From the IMG/VR virus record IMGVR_UViG_2541047936_000005: a stretch of 22,476 bases of DNA. The stretch is one strand, 5' to 3'. Both the position numbers and the translations under genes were made by a program. This DNA is from a virus. Lineage: Duplodnaviria; Heunggongvirae; Uroviricota; Caudoviricetes. The notes below the pieces were generated by a model. It did not search any database, had not been told where the DNA came from, and saw nothing but the letters and a program-made list of their open reading frames with translations. Below are positions 7,742 to 17,526 of the stretch, in pieces (the stretch's first letter is position 1; each line of letters opens with the position of its first letter).

Positions 7742-9592
7742 TTATGCTGCCGGTGCATTTATCTCCAGCATCAGACTTTCTATCTCAACGCCATACGCTG
7801 CATTTTTTGTAACATCCGTCAGCGTCAGCGCATTCAGTCCCAGTGTCAGACTGTCTTTTATAACCTGGAATGCCGGGCCAGCCACTCCATTCAGTTTCGG
7901 AGTAACCGTGGCACTGCCGGCGGTGAACACCAGCTCCAGCGTCTGCCAGTCGTTACCGTAATCGCCGAACTCCCCCAGCTTCGTGTTTCCGGCTTTCCTG
8001 TGATGCATCAGATTCACTCTGCCGTCAGTGGTCTGAGTGAAGTACGACATCAGGAACGGATTACCGGTACCCGTCATCGCCACACCATCAGGAACGGGAG
8101 CATCCGTATACAGATAAATCCCCAGCCCGAACTGATTGTTGGTCAGTGCGCCTGACAGGCGGAACTTACAGGTCAGTCTGCCGCCCTGTGTCAGCAGGGT
8201 AATTGCGTCATCCACCGGATGCGTCAGGGACCAGGTTTTATTGCTCTGCTTGGTGATCTTAAATACACCATCTGACAACTGAATTCCGCCATCCTTAATG
8301 CTCCAGCCCTGCGCAGCAGCCTCTCCGGCTGCCGGCAGCAGGGAGATTGTGCGAACGGACGTATCTGCAGACGGACCCGATGGCGTGTTGCCGCCGGGCG
8401 AGGGTTTGATTTCCGGTGCCTTACCACTGATGAAGGCTGAGGTGCGCCCGGCTGCGTTCAGAATAGCGGTTGCCAGACGATCCGGAATAATGCTCCTGCG
8501 CGCCCATGAACTGAAATGTGTCGGGCGGTTTGATGATACCTGGTTTCCATTCGTTCTCGATGCCGCACCGTAATATCCTGATGCCGGAATATCCGGATCT
8601 TCTGCCGGCGCGTTAGTGGCGGTATTGACGCCGTTACCATCTGTCATGAAGGGCACAAAATAAACGCCCTCACTCTCCCTGTTTTTATACCCGCCGTACA
8701 CGGTGTCGTACTGGGTAGCGTATGTATTTTTCCAGTAATACGTCGTGTCACCACAAACCCACGGCACATCTGCAGCACTGCCACCATGGCACTGCGCGTT
8801 AAACACGGAGAGGTCAGCACGAAACTGTGTCAGCATGGCTGTAAACAGCGCAGGTTGCTGTGCGTGGGTGGCGGCGCTCATGTCAAACTCACCCTGCATC
8901 CAGCAGACGGCCAGCAGAACGTTTTTGGGATTTTTCTGCAATGCCGCTTTTGTGCGGGAAATCAGATCCTGATATAACGGCTTGCCCACCCCCCAGCGTG
9001 CCGAATCCTGACTGGCCCCCGTGGACTCGCTGAATGTCCCCTCCGCGCCCTGGGTAAATGCCGAACCACCACGACAGCATGGTACCAGCAGGATCCCCGC
9101 GTTATTCGGGATATACGGGAGCAGTTTTTTGGCAATATGTAAACCCTGACCGACACAGCCGTACTGCCCTTTGCTCAGGTCAGCCCTCGGATGATTCAGC
9201 GTACTCATATCCTGCACATCATGCAGACAGTGGTCAGCCGGAATAATATCGTTATATCTGCAGGCAGCCCCGCCCGGCGTCACTGTACTGCGGCGCGCCA
9301 GCTGTTTAATGCGCGGATCCGGAGCATCGTATGAATCCGGCAGCGGAAGCCCTTCACCGTAAGCCATGGCATTGGACTGCCCGGCCAGTACGATGACGTA
9401 GTACCAATCCGGCTCAGATGAAGGGCCGACCTGTGGCTCTCCTTCAATAGCCACCGCCTGCATCAGTGTGTACGGCGTAATGGCAACCGGTCCGCCGTAT
9501 GGCTGCCAGCCCTCTTTCAGTTTGTGTGTCAGCTTTTCCGCAAGGTCTGACGGCGACGCCGCCCTGACAACATCGTAATGTTTAATCGACAT
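7742..9592 (-). CDS. nanS: Prophage NanS-p-type sialate O-acetylesterase (616 aa)
   Basis: GQSNAMAYG motif typical of SGNH/SASA esterases after an N-terminal domain; size and position immediately upstream of S-R-Rz match NanS-p genes of EHEC lambdoid prophages. Confidence 0.75.
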   Translation of the reverse strand: MSIKHYDVVRAASPSDLAEKLTHKLKEGWQPYGGPVAITPYTLMQAVAIEGEPQVGPSSEPDWYYVIVLAGQSNAMAYGEGLPLPDSYDAPDPRIKQLARRSTVTPGGAACRYNDIIPADHCLHDVQDMSTLNHPRADLSKGQYGCVGQGLHIAKKLLPYIPNNAGILLVPCCRGGSAFTQGAEGTFSESTGASQDSARWGVGKPLYQDLISRTKAALQKNPKNVLLAVCWMQGEFDMSAATHAQQPALFTAMLTQFRADLSVFNAQCHGGSAADVPWVCGDTTYYWKNTYATQYDTVYGGYKNRESEGVYFVPFMTDGNGVNTATNAPAEDPDIPASGYYGAASRTNGNQVSSNRPTHFSSWARRSIIPDRLATAILNAAGRTSAFISGKAPEIKPSPGGNTPSGPSADTSVRTISLLPAAGEAAAQGWSIKDGGIQLSDGVFKITKQSNKTWSLTHPVDDAITLLTQGGRLTCKFRLSGALTNNQFGLGIYLYTDAPVPDGVAMTGTGNPFLMSYFTQTTDGRVNLMHHRKAGNTKLGEFGDYGNDWQTLELVFTAGSATVTPKLNGVAGPAFQVIKDSLTLGLNALTLTDVTKNAAYGVEIESLMLEINAPAA

Positions 9593-9676
9593 CGAATTTC
9601 TCCCGTGTAGAGGAACAGAGTTAAAAAGCCGGAAGCGGAATCAAATCACAGGATGACCATCTGCCAGTGGCAGGTC

Positions 9677-9703
9677 ATAAAAAAAAGGCTGCGCAATGCG
9701 CAG
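9677..9703 (-). terminator. Rho-independent terminator (tR'-like), GGCTGCGC-AAT-GCGCAGCC followed by U8 on the - strand
   Basis: Perfect 8-bp stem with 3-nt loop and an 8-nt A-run on the + strand (U-run in the - strand transcript). Confidence 0.6.
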
Positions 9704-9857
9704 CCAGAACTCACAAGGAAAATGATAAAAGGAATAACACTAGTGATGTACGCATGGCGCCTCCCGCTAAGTTCTGCAATGATCAAACAGAACTCGCTAC
9801 GTGCCCTTAAAACTCGATCATTTAGCCCCTCCAAGGAGGATTCACCATGCGGTTGAT

Positions 9858-9887
9858 TTTTTAATAAACAGTAAACAAAAAAGTCAA
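9858..9887 (-). promoter_or_regulatory. Sigma70-like promoter on the - strand (TTGACT-N17-TTAAAA), candidate pR'-like late promoter
   Basis: The -35 TTGACT is at 9887-9882 and an AT-rich -10 at about 9864-9859; lies about 160 nt upstream of the terminator at 9677-9703, like the pR'/tR' arrangement of lambdoid phages. Confidence 0.35.
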
Positions 9888-9890
9888 GAA

Positions 9891-10001
9891 TTATTCATTC
9901 TGTTCTTTCATCATCGGCCACAGCAATACCACAATGCCGCAGACCAGAGCGCCATCAGTCAGTACCAACATTATCCTGCTGGTGAAATCCATCATCACCA
10001 T
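9891..10001 (-). CDS. Small hydrophobic peptide (36 aa from ATG, longer if an upstream GTG/TTG is used)
   Basis: MVMMDFTSRIMLVLTDGALVCGIVVLLWPMMKEQNE, predicted single or double TM; directly downstream of the 252-aa membrane protein gene; too short for the ORF track. Confidence 0.3.
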   Translation of the reverse strand: MVMMDFTSRIMLVLTDGALVCGIVVLLWPMMKEQNE

Positions 10002-10134
10002 CACTAAAAGCAGGATCACAACAGCAAGCAGACACAGTTTATAAAACAATGTTCAGAAAACGCATTCAGCATGCCTAAGGTTCTATTCCTACGAATAGCC
10101 AACTTGCAACTTAAAATATTATTTATGCAGCCAA

Positions 10135-10893
10135 TTAAATTCTGGTCCTTACAATATCAACCTGAAGATTCTTATCTTGTGCTGATTGATAAATGACAAA
10201 CCTTTTACTACCTGCATTGAAAGAAGTAGACAAAACCAGACAATTATCATAACGAGCAAGAACATAATACCAACCATCATTATAATTAATCATTTCATAT
10301 TCTTTCTTAAACTGTGGTTTGTAATATCCTGTCAGAAATGAAAAAAGCCAAAAATATGCCACAAAAGCAATCATCACAATCTCAAAAAAATGTTTTTTTA
10401 TAAATGGCTTATCATAGAAGCATGATACCGATAAAAATCGCCCATAAGATCTTATCGAAATTGTAACCGCCAGCGCAATCGCTGCTGACAGTAGCAAAAG
10501 AGGTACCTGAATCTTCTGTCTCAATATAGAAAACTCAATAATTGCCGGCACAAACAATAATTCCACAGCAAAATAAAGGCGAAATACATTTAGCTCTTGC
10601 ATAGAATGTTTTCTTTTCACTGCGAAAAAGAATACAACACCAATACCCCAACCGATAAGAAATATAGCAATGACGATAACTGCAAAAAATAAACTTCTGG
10701 CAACATCATCAACACCTGCACCTACAATCCACCATGGGAAGCCGTAGTAAAAAGAAGTACCCCATCCATAGAAATAAGCACTCCCCCATCCAAGGCATCC
10801 CATGTAGGCAATAAAAAGTGAAGAACTCCTGAGCAGCGCACCATCCTTCATAACCACCCCAATACAAGATGATAACATTGGCTTACAACTCAT
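10135..10893 (-). CDS. Multi-pass integral membrane protein with C-terminal soluble domain (252 aa), function unknown
   Basis: Long ORF in very AT-rich DNA with several hydrophobic segments rich in aromatic residues; no family recognised. Confidence 0.55.
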   Translation of the reverse strand: MSCKPMLSSCIGVVMKDGALLRSSSLFIAYMGCLGWGSAYFYGWGTSFYYGFPWWIVGAGVDDVARSLFFAVIVIAIFLIGWGIGVVFFFAVKRKHSMQELNVFRLYFAVELLFVPAIIEFSILRQKIQVPLLLLSAAIALAVTISIRSYGRFLSVSCFYDKPFIKKHFFEIVMIAFVAYFWLFSFLTGYYKPQFKKEYEMINYNDGWYYVLARYDNCLVLSTSFNAGSKRFVIYQSAQDKNLQVDIVRTRI

Positions 10894-11214
10894 AACAAAA
10901 GCAATTCAATGCCGTCAAGAGGTTACAGGCTAAAAAAACTCTATTACATAGCAGCCAGCATGTTTACCGTACAAGTACAACTCAGGGCATAAAAACTACT
11001 CGGCGGCAGGTTATTGAGACTCATCAATGACATGTAAAAAACGCCCATTATTGGTGTCAAGTTTCCCCAAAGTTATTCAAAAAGTCAATATTATGCCGTT
11101 AATATGTTGCCATCCGTGGCAATCATGGCGCTAACGTGTGATCGCATTCAAAATGTTGTCTGCGATTGACTCTGAACCGCCCCGGGTTTCCTGGAGAGTG
11201 TTTTATCTGTGAAC

Positions 11215-12105
11215 TCAGGCTGCCAGATCATCGTTTCCGATGGAAGCATAATAAGCTTTTTCTGCTTCTGCCGGAGGAGTATGGCCCAGCCTTTCCAGCA
11301 ATCGTCGATTGTTATACCAGTCCACCCACGTGAGTGTGGCCAGTTCCACTTCTGCACGGTTTTTCCAGCTCTTACGGTGTATTACCTCCGCTTTGTAAAG
11401 ACCATTGATGCTCTCCGCCATCGCGTTGTCATACGAGTCGCCTGTACTTCCTGTTGATGCCAGTAATCCGGCTTCCTTAAGCCGCTGTGTGTAGGCCAGC
11501 GATACATACTGAGAACCTTTATCACTGTGATGGACCGTGCCGGACGGTCGACGGGCCCATAACGCCTGCTCCAGTGCATCCAGCACGAATGTCGTTTCCA
11601 TGGACGATGAGACCCGCCACCCCACGATGTATCCGGCAAACACATCAATGATGAACGCCACATAGACGAAGCCCCGCCATGTGCTGACGTAAGTAAAATC
11701 AGCCACCCACAGCTGGTCAGGTCGTTCTGCCACGAACTGACGGTTTACGCGGTCGCCTGCGGCAACGGCTTTCCGGCTGATGGTCGTACGGACCTTTTTA
11801 CCCCGGAGAACACCGGCAAGTCCCATAACCGCCATGAGGCGCGCCACTGTACATCTGGCCACCCTGATTCCTTCCCGTAACAACTGACGCCAGACTTTAC
11901 GCACACCGTACACCTGATGATTTTCATCGTATACGCGCTGTATCTCTCTCTTCAGCCAGTCATCGTGCTGCGCACGGGCACTGCGTTTATCCGGATGATG
12001 TCGCTGTTGCTGACAATGGTAATACGTTGACGGGACAATATGCAGTTCGCTGCATACCGGTCCGACCCCGTACTGCTCACGCAGCTTATCCAGCAGTGGC
12101 ATCAT
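11215..12105 (-). CDS. IS629 transposase OrfB (DDE integrase domain)
   Basis: 296-aa translation matches IS629 OrfB; overlaps orfA at an A6 slippery run consistent with a -1 frameshift. Confidence 0.9.
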   Translation of the reverse strand: MMPLLDKLREQYGVGPVCSELHIVPSTYYHCQQQRHHPDKRSARAQHDDWLKREIQRVYDENHQVYGVRKVWRQLLREGIRVARCTVARLMAVMGLAGVLRGKKVRTTISRKAVAAGDRVNRQFVAERPDQLWVADFTYVSTWRGFVYVAFIIDVFAGYIVGWRVSSSMETTFVLDALEQALWARRPSGTVHHSDKGSQYVSLAYTQRLKEAGLLASTGSTGDSYDNAMAESINGLYKAEVIHRKSWKNRAEVELATLTWVDWYNNRRLLERLGHTPPAEAEKAYYASIGNDDLAA

Positions 12106-12428
12106 TTTTTCCAGAGGCGGTCGAACTCCGCCTTCGCAAAATAAGCGGAAGCCTGGCGAAGGATATCGTTACTGCGGCGCAGTTCACGATTTTCACGTTC
12201 CAGCTCTTTCAGACGCTGACGTTCAGCGCTGGTGAGCCCACCATCACCGCCCCCGGTATCCCGCTCATGCTGGCGAACCCAGACACGCAGAGTCTCCGGC
12301 GTACAGCCAATCTTTGGGGCAATGGAACAAATTGCCGCCCACTGTGAGTCATATTCATCCTGACTTTCCAGAACCATACGGACTGCCCGTTGACGGACTT
12401 CGGGGGAAAAACGAGTATTTTTAGTCAT
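12102..12428 (-). CDS. IS629 transposase OrfA (helix-turn-helix and leucine zipper)
   Basis: 108-aa translation [22 protein letters not shown] matches IS629 OrfA. Confidence 0.9.
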   Translation of the reverse strand: MTKNTRFSPEVRQRAVRMVLESQDEYDSQWAAICSIAPKIGCTPETLRVWVRQHERDTGGGDGGLTSAERQRLKELERENRELRRSNDILRQASAYFAKAEFDRLWKK

Positions 12429-12482
12429 CCTGTTTACCTCTTTCTCAGGAAGTTTAGTCTCCAGGATTCCCGGGGCGGTTCA

Positions 12483-12893
12483 ATCCCCCAATTTGAGGGA
12501 TGTTTTATCCCTCGTTTTAGGGGATTTTCCCTCGTTTTGAGGGATACACCATTCTGAGATGTTTTTATTTGGTCCAAACATGCCGCCTTGCTGCTTGATA
12601 ATATTCATTCTGACGAGTTCTAACTTGGCTTCATTGCACCGTTTGACAGGTAACTTTGTAATCTCGCTAAGTTGAGAATCGGTGATTCTGTCCATTGGTT
12701 TATTCCACCCATAGGTTCTACGCAGAATGGCAAGCAGCACTTTAAACTGTCGCTTGGTCAGATCTGCGCCTGAATAAGCCTCAAGCAGCATATTTGATAG
12801 TCTGGCGTAACCATCATCGAGATCTGCCACATTACGCTCCTGTCCGGCAAAGTTACCTCTGCCGAAGTTGAGTATTTTTGCTGTATTTGTCAT
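12483..12893 (-). pseudogene. O: Lambda replication initiator O, truncated after about 136 codons by IS629
   Basis: N-terminus MTNTAKILNFGRGNFAGQERNVADLDDGYARL matches lambda O (299 aa in lambda); the reading frame runs into the IS terminal repeat and stops. Confidence 0.85.
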
Positions 12894-12903
12894 AATGACT
12901 CCT

Positions 12904-12980
12904 GTTGATAGTTCCAGTAATAACCTCAGAATTCCATCTGGATTTGTTCAGAACGCTCGGTTGCCGCCGGGCGTTTTTTA
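12904..12980 (+). ncRNA. oop: oop antisense RNA with its terminator
   Basis: Sequence GTTGATAGTTCCAGTAAT...GTTCAGAACGCTCGGTTGCCGCCGGGCGTTTTTTATT matches lambda oop, antisense to the cII 3' end; a CATAAT -10 lies 7 bp upstream. Confidence 0.8.
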
Positions 12981-13219
12981 TTGGTGAGAATCGAAGCAAC
13001 TTGTCGTGCCAATCGAGCCATGTCGTCGTCGACGACACCCCATTCAAGAACAGCAAGCAGCATTGAGAACTTTGGAATCCAATCCCTCTTCCACCTGCTG
13101 ATCTGCGACTTATCAACTCCCACAGCTTCCGCTGTCTTCTCAGTTCCAAGCATTGCGATTTTGTTAAGCAACGCACTCTCGATTCGTAGAGCCTCGTTGC
13201 GTTTGTTTGCACGAACCAT
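12926..13219 (-). CDS. cII: Transcriptional activator CII (97 aa)
   Basis: MVRANKRNEALRIESALLNKIAMLGTEKTAEAVGVDKSQISRWKRDWIPKFS matches lambda CII. Confidence 0.9.
   Translation of the reverse strand: MVRANKRNEALRIESALLNKIAMLGTEKTAEAVGVDKSQISRWKRDWIPKFSMLLAVLEWGVVDDDMARLARQVASILTNKKRPAATERSEQIQMEF
13197..13210 (+). promoter_or_regulatory. pRE -35 region with CII-binding direct repeats TTGC-N6-TTGC
   Basis: TTGCGTTTGTTTGC as in lambda pRE, overlapping the cII start; drives + strand transcription toward cI. Confidence 0.7.
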
Positions 13220-13298
13220 ATGTAAGTATTTCCTTAGATAACAATTGATTGAATGTATGCAAATAAATGCATACACCATAGGTGTGGTTTATTTTGAT

Positions 13299-13330
13299 GC
13301 CCTTTTTCAGGGCTGGGATGTGTAAGAGCG
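13299..13330 (-). promoter_or_regulatory. nutR (boxB GCCCTGAAAAAGGGC and boxA CGCTCTTAC on the - strand)
   Basis: boxB reverse complement at 13299-13313 and boxA reverse complement at 13322-13330, between cro and cII. Confidence 0.75.
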
Positions 13331-13338
13331 GGAATGTC

Positions 13339-14691
<1,353 letters not shown>

Positions 14692-14741
14692 TCCCCACCT
14701 CAATCTCGATAACAAAAAAACAAACTATTTTCCGTTTAAAA

Positions 14742-14814
14742 ACAATGGAGTTTGTTTTTCACGCCCCTTTTTACAATATTTCTTGTTTACAACATACAAT
14801 CTTCCTTGTAATTT
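14742..14814 (+). promoter_or_regulatory. Left operator OL3-OL2-OL1 (434 type) overlapping promoter pL
   Basis: ACAA-N6-TTGT sites at 14742-14755, 14773-14786 and 14796-14809; -35 TTTACA (14786-14791) and -10 TAATTT (14809-14814) with 17-bp spacing; transcript start near 14821 (ATCAGCAGGACGCACTGACC as in the lambda pL leader). Confidence 0.8.
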
Positions 14815-14854
14815 TAAGCCATCAGCAGGACGCACTGACCACCATTGAAGGTGA

Positions 14855-14885
14855 GGCTCTTAAAAATTAAGCCCTGAAGAAGGGC
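14855..14885 (+). promoter_or_regulatory. nutL (boxA-like GGCTCTTAA and boxB GCCCTGAAGAAGGGC)
   Basis: boxB hairpin at 14871-14885; boxA-like sequence at 14855-14863. Confidence 0.8.
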
Positions 14886-15042
14886 AGCATTCAAAGCAGA
14901 AGGCTTTGGTGTGTGTGATACGAAACGAAGCATTGGCCGGAAGTGCGAATCCGGATTAGCTGCCAATGTGCCATTGCGGGGTGTTTTCGTTCAGGACTAC
15001 GACTCCCACACACAACCAAAGCTAACTGACAGGAGAATCCAG

Positions 15043-15366
15043 ATGGATGCACAAACACGCCGCCGCGAACGTCGCGCAGAGAAACAGGCTCAATGGAAAG
15101 CAGCAAATCCCCTGTTGGTTGGGGTAAGCGCTAAACCAGTTAACCGCCCTATTCTCTCGCTGAATCGCAAACCGAAATCACGAGTAGAAAGCGCACTGAA
15201 TCCGATAGACCTTACGGTGCTGGCTGAATACCACGAACAGATTGAAAGCAACCTGCAACGTATTGAGCGCAAGAATCATCGAGTTTGGTATAGCAAGCCA
15301 GGTGAGTTCGGTATAACTTGTCAAGGAAGACAAAAGGTTAAAGGGGAATCCATTCCATTGGCATGA
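15043..15366 (+). CDS. N: Antiterminator N (107 aa)
   Basis: MDAQTRRRERRAEKQAQWKAANPLLVGVSAKPVNRPILSLNRKPKSRVESALNPIDLTVLAEYH matches lambda N; the listed ORF starts upstream at a GTG. Confidence 0.95.
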   Translation: MDAQTRRRERRAEKQAQWKAANPLLVGVSAKPVNRPILSLNRKPKSRVESALNPIDLTVLAEYHEQIESNLQRIERKNHRVWYSKPGEFGITCQGRQKVKGESIPLA

Positions 15367-15374
15367 GGTACGTA

Positions 15375-16244
15375 ATGAAGAAGATTGATTACAAGTCCAT
15401 ACCAAAACCAATAGACTCAGCATCAGAGCGAAAAAAACACAAAAAAGAGGCTGAAAAATTAGCAAATTATATCAGTTTTATTAGAAACAATGCTCACGGC
15501 GATGGCGACAAGAAGTTGCTTTCAGATGCTCGGACCCAAGCGTTCGGTATACTTCGTAAGCAGATGCAATATCGTCTTCATCCTGGCTACATAATTGAAA
15601 TTCGCCCTACTGAAAGACAATTGTTCTTATTAAACTCTGTCTTTGACTTTGTAAACGTAGTTGGAGATCTTATCGACAGGTCTGTAGATAAGGATCCTGA
15701 TACAAATAGTTTTCTTCTAACAAATAAAGAATACTTATATGGTAAATTCGGTATAAACGGATGGCAAAAATATGTACGCTTCTTACGTGCATTCGTTGAT
15801 GCGTATAAAAATTCCGACATGATTTATACATATTTGCCTGGTGGTGATAATTGTACGCTTTCGGCAGACAATAGAATATTCATACCTGTACTTGGTCTTG
15901 GGCTGATTAATGCAGTAAATGAAAAAGATGTTATAATTGTTAAGCAGTGGCGAAAATATGAGGGATATAGATATCTGCCATGCTTTGATATATTAAAAAT
16001 ACAGAATAAATTCTATGTAAAAATTAAATATAAAGAAGATATTTTCTTCCTCAGAAAAAACATAGATCTTTTACAAGAACTTTCTGGTACAATAGATGTC
16101 ATCTTAGGTTCTAGGTTTATAAAAGAACTGAAAGAAAGCAGGTCTTTCTCTCGTGTAGAGATAAGCGAGTCAGAGTTATGGGGTATATCAAATAATCCTG
16201 TAAACCACGCTCACCAACGAAACCCAAACAAAAAGTGGTCATAA
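15375..16244 (+). CDS. Uncharacterised 289-aa protein in the ral/sieB position (pL operon accessory gene)
   Basis: ORF overlapping or abutting the N stop (ATG at 15363 or 15375, the latter with GAGG 6 nt upstream); AT-rich; Lys-rich N-terminus; no recognisable motif; lambda ral and sieB are absent. Confidence 0.55.
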   Translation: MKKIDYKSIPKPIDSASERKKHKKEAEKLANYISFIRNNAHGDGDKKLLSDARTQAFGILRKQMQYRLHPGYIIEIRPTERQLFLLNSVFDFVNVVGDLIDRSVDKDPDTNSFLLTNKEYLYGKFGINGWQKYVRFLRAFVDAYKNSDMIYTYLPGGDNCTLSADNRIFIPVLGLGLINAVNEKDVIIVKQWRKYEGYRYLPCFDILKIQNKFYVKIKYKEDIFFLRKNIDLLQELSGTIDVILGSRFIKELKESRSFSRVEISESELWGISNNPVNHAHQRNPNKKWS

Positions 16245-16386
16245 CCCGCTCAGGCGGATTTCATTTTCACGCAAACAACAGAATAAACACAGCGCTGTGT
16301 ATTCATTCCAACGAGTGAATACACGGAGCAATGTCGCTCGTAACTAAACAGGAGCCGACTTGTTCTGATTATTGGAAATCTTCTTT

Positions 16387-16413
16387 GCCCTCCAAGATGA
16401 GGGCGATTTTTTA
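16387..16413 (+). terminator. Rho-independent terminator upstream of ea10 (GCCCTC-CAAGAT-GAGGGC then T-tract)
   Basis: 6-bp GC stem followed by GATTTTTTA. Confidence 0.45.
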
Positions 16414-16432
16414 TCTGTGAGGATATGAACAG

Positions 16433-16801
16433 ATGTCAAACATCAAAAAATACATCATTGATTACGACTGGAAAGCATCAATAGAAATTGAAATCGACCA
16501 TGACGTAATGACAGAGGAAAAACTTCACCAGATTAATAATTTCTGGTCAGACTCTGAATACCGACTCAATAAACACGGCTCTGTATTAAATGCTGTATTA
16601 ATCATGCTGGCGCAACATGCTCTGCTTATAGCAATTTCAAGCGACTTAAATGCATATGGTGTTGTGTGTGAGTTCGACTGGAATGATGGAAATGGTCAGG
16701 AAGGATGGCCTCCAATGGATGGTAGTGAAGGAATAAGAATTACCGATATCGATACATCAGGAATATTTGATTCAGATGATATGACTATCAAGGCCGCCTG
16801 A
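16433..16801 (+). CDS. ea10: Ea10 (122 aa)
   Basis: Translation MSNIKKYIIDYDWKASIEIEIDHDVMTEEKLHQINNFWSD matches lambda Ea10; length and spacing to cIII as in lambda. Confidence 0.9.
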   Translation: MSNIKKYIIDYDWKASIEIEIDHDVMTEEKLHQINNFWSDSEYRLNKHGSVLNAVLIMLAQHALLIAISSDLNAYGVVCEFDWNDGNGQEGWPPMDGSEGIRITDIDTSGIFDSDDMTIKAA

Positions 16802-16873
16802 GCGCGGCGTTACCGCATACCAATTACGCTTCACTCGAGGCGTTTTTCGTTATGTATAAATAAGGAGCACACC

Positions 16874-17038
16874 ATGCAATATGCCATTGCAGGGTGGCCT
16901 GTTGCTGGCTGCCCTTCCGAATCTTTACTTGAACGAATCACCCGTAAATTACGTGACGGATGGAAACGCCTTATCGACATACTTAATCAGCCAGGAGTCC
17001 CAAAAAATGGATCAAACAATTATGGCTATCCAGACTAA
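16874..17038 (+). CDS. cIII: CIII (54 aa), inhibitor of FtsH-mediated CII degradation
   Basis: [54 protein letters not shown] matches lambda CIII; below the ORF-track size cut-off. Confidence 0.9.
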   Translation: MQYAIAGWPVAGCPSESLLERITRKLRDGWKRLIDILNQPGVPKNGSNNYGYPD

Positions 17039-17150
17039 ATTCACTATCGCCACTTTTATTGGCGATGAAAAGATGTTTCGTGAGGCCGTCGACGCTTATA
17101 AAAAATGGATATTAATACTGAAACTGAGATCAAGCAAAAGCATTCACTAA
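17007..17150 (+). CDS. kil: Kil (47 aa), host cell-division inhibitor
   Basis: [47 protein letters not shown] matches lambda Kil; overlaps cIII and gam as in lambda. Confidence 0.9.
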   Translation: MDQTIMAIQTKFTIATFIGDEKMFREAVDAYKKWILILKLRSSKSIH

Positions 17151-17521
17151 CCCCCTTTCCTGTTTTCCTAATCAGCCCGGCATTTCGCGGGCGATATTTT
17201 CACAGCTATTTCAGGAGTTCGGCCATGAACGCTTATTACATTCAGGATCGTCTTGAGGCTCAGAGCTGGGCGCGTCACTACCAGCAGATAGCCCGTGAAG
17301 AGAAAGAGGCAGAACTGGCAGACGACATGGAAAAAGGCCTGCCCCAGCACCTGTTTGAATCGCTATGCATCGGTCATTTGCAACGCCACGGGGCCAGCAA
17401 AAAAGCCATTACCCGTGCGTTTGATGACGATGTTGAGTTTCAGGAGCGCATGGCAGAACACATCCGGTACATGGTTGAAACCATTGCTCACCATCAGGTT
17501 GATATTGATTCAGAGGTATAA
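17105..17521 (+). CDS. gam: Gam (138 aa), RecBCD inhibitor
   Basis: Matches lambda Gam, including the internal GamS start [21 protein letters not shown]. Confidence 0.95.
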   Translation: MDINTETEIKQKHSLTPFPVFLISPAFRGRYFHSYFRSSAMNAYYIQDRLEAQSWARHYQQIAREEKEAELADDMEKGLPQHLFESLCIGHLQRHGASKKAITRAFDDDVEFQERMAEHIRYMVETIAHHQVDIDSEV

Positions 17522-17526
17522 AACGG

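Larger units (their letters stand above)
11173..12482 (-). mobile_element. IS629 (IS3 family), complete 1310-bp copy
   Basis: Terminal inverted repeats TGAACCGCCCCGGG at both ends; orfA and orfB match IS629 transposase; length equals the canonical 1310 bp. Confidence 0.9.

Noticed and set aside
7742-9592. Many 60-90 aa ORFs on both strands inside the esterase gene (for example 8224-8427, 8298-8573, 8745-8972, 8889-9156)
   Set aside because: They lie entirely within a long, well-supported coding region in GC-rich DNA where spurious open frames are common.
9593-10134. tRNA genes or Shiga toxin genes between the late-promoter region and the esterase gene, as in Stx phages
   Set aside because: No cloverleaf-compatible sequence with a T-loop (GTTCRANYC) was found by eye, and only about 85 bp separate the terminator from the esterase start, so there is no room for stxAB. 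A tRNA-scanning program should confirm.
12853-13279. Alternative ORFs overlapping cII and O (12853-13212 on the - strand, 12981-13241 on the + strand) and the N-terminal extension of the cII ORF
   Set aside because: cII and O are recognised by sequence; the overlapping frames are out-of-frame or antisense artefacts, and the cII extension starts before the conserved MVRANK start.
14855-14863. A possible point difference in nutL boxA (GGCTCTTAA versus the remembered lambda CGCTCTTAA) as a functional mutation
   Set aside because: It depends on my recall of the lambda sequence, and boxA varies at this position among lambdoid phages; not enough to call it significant.
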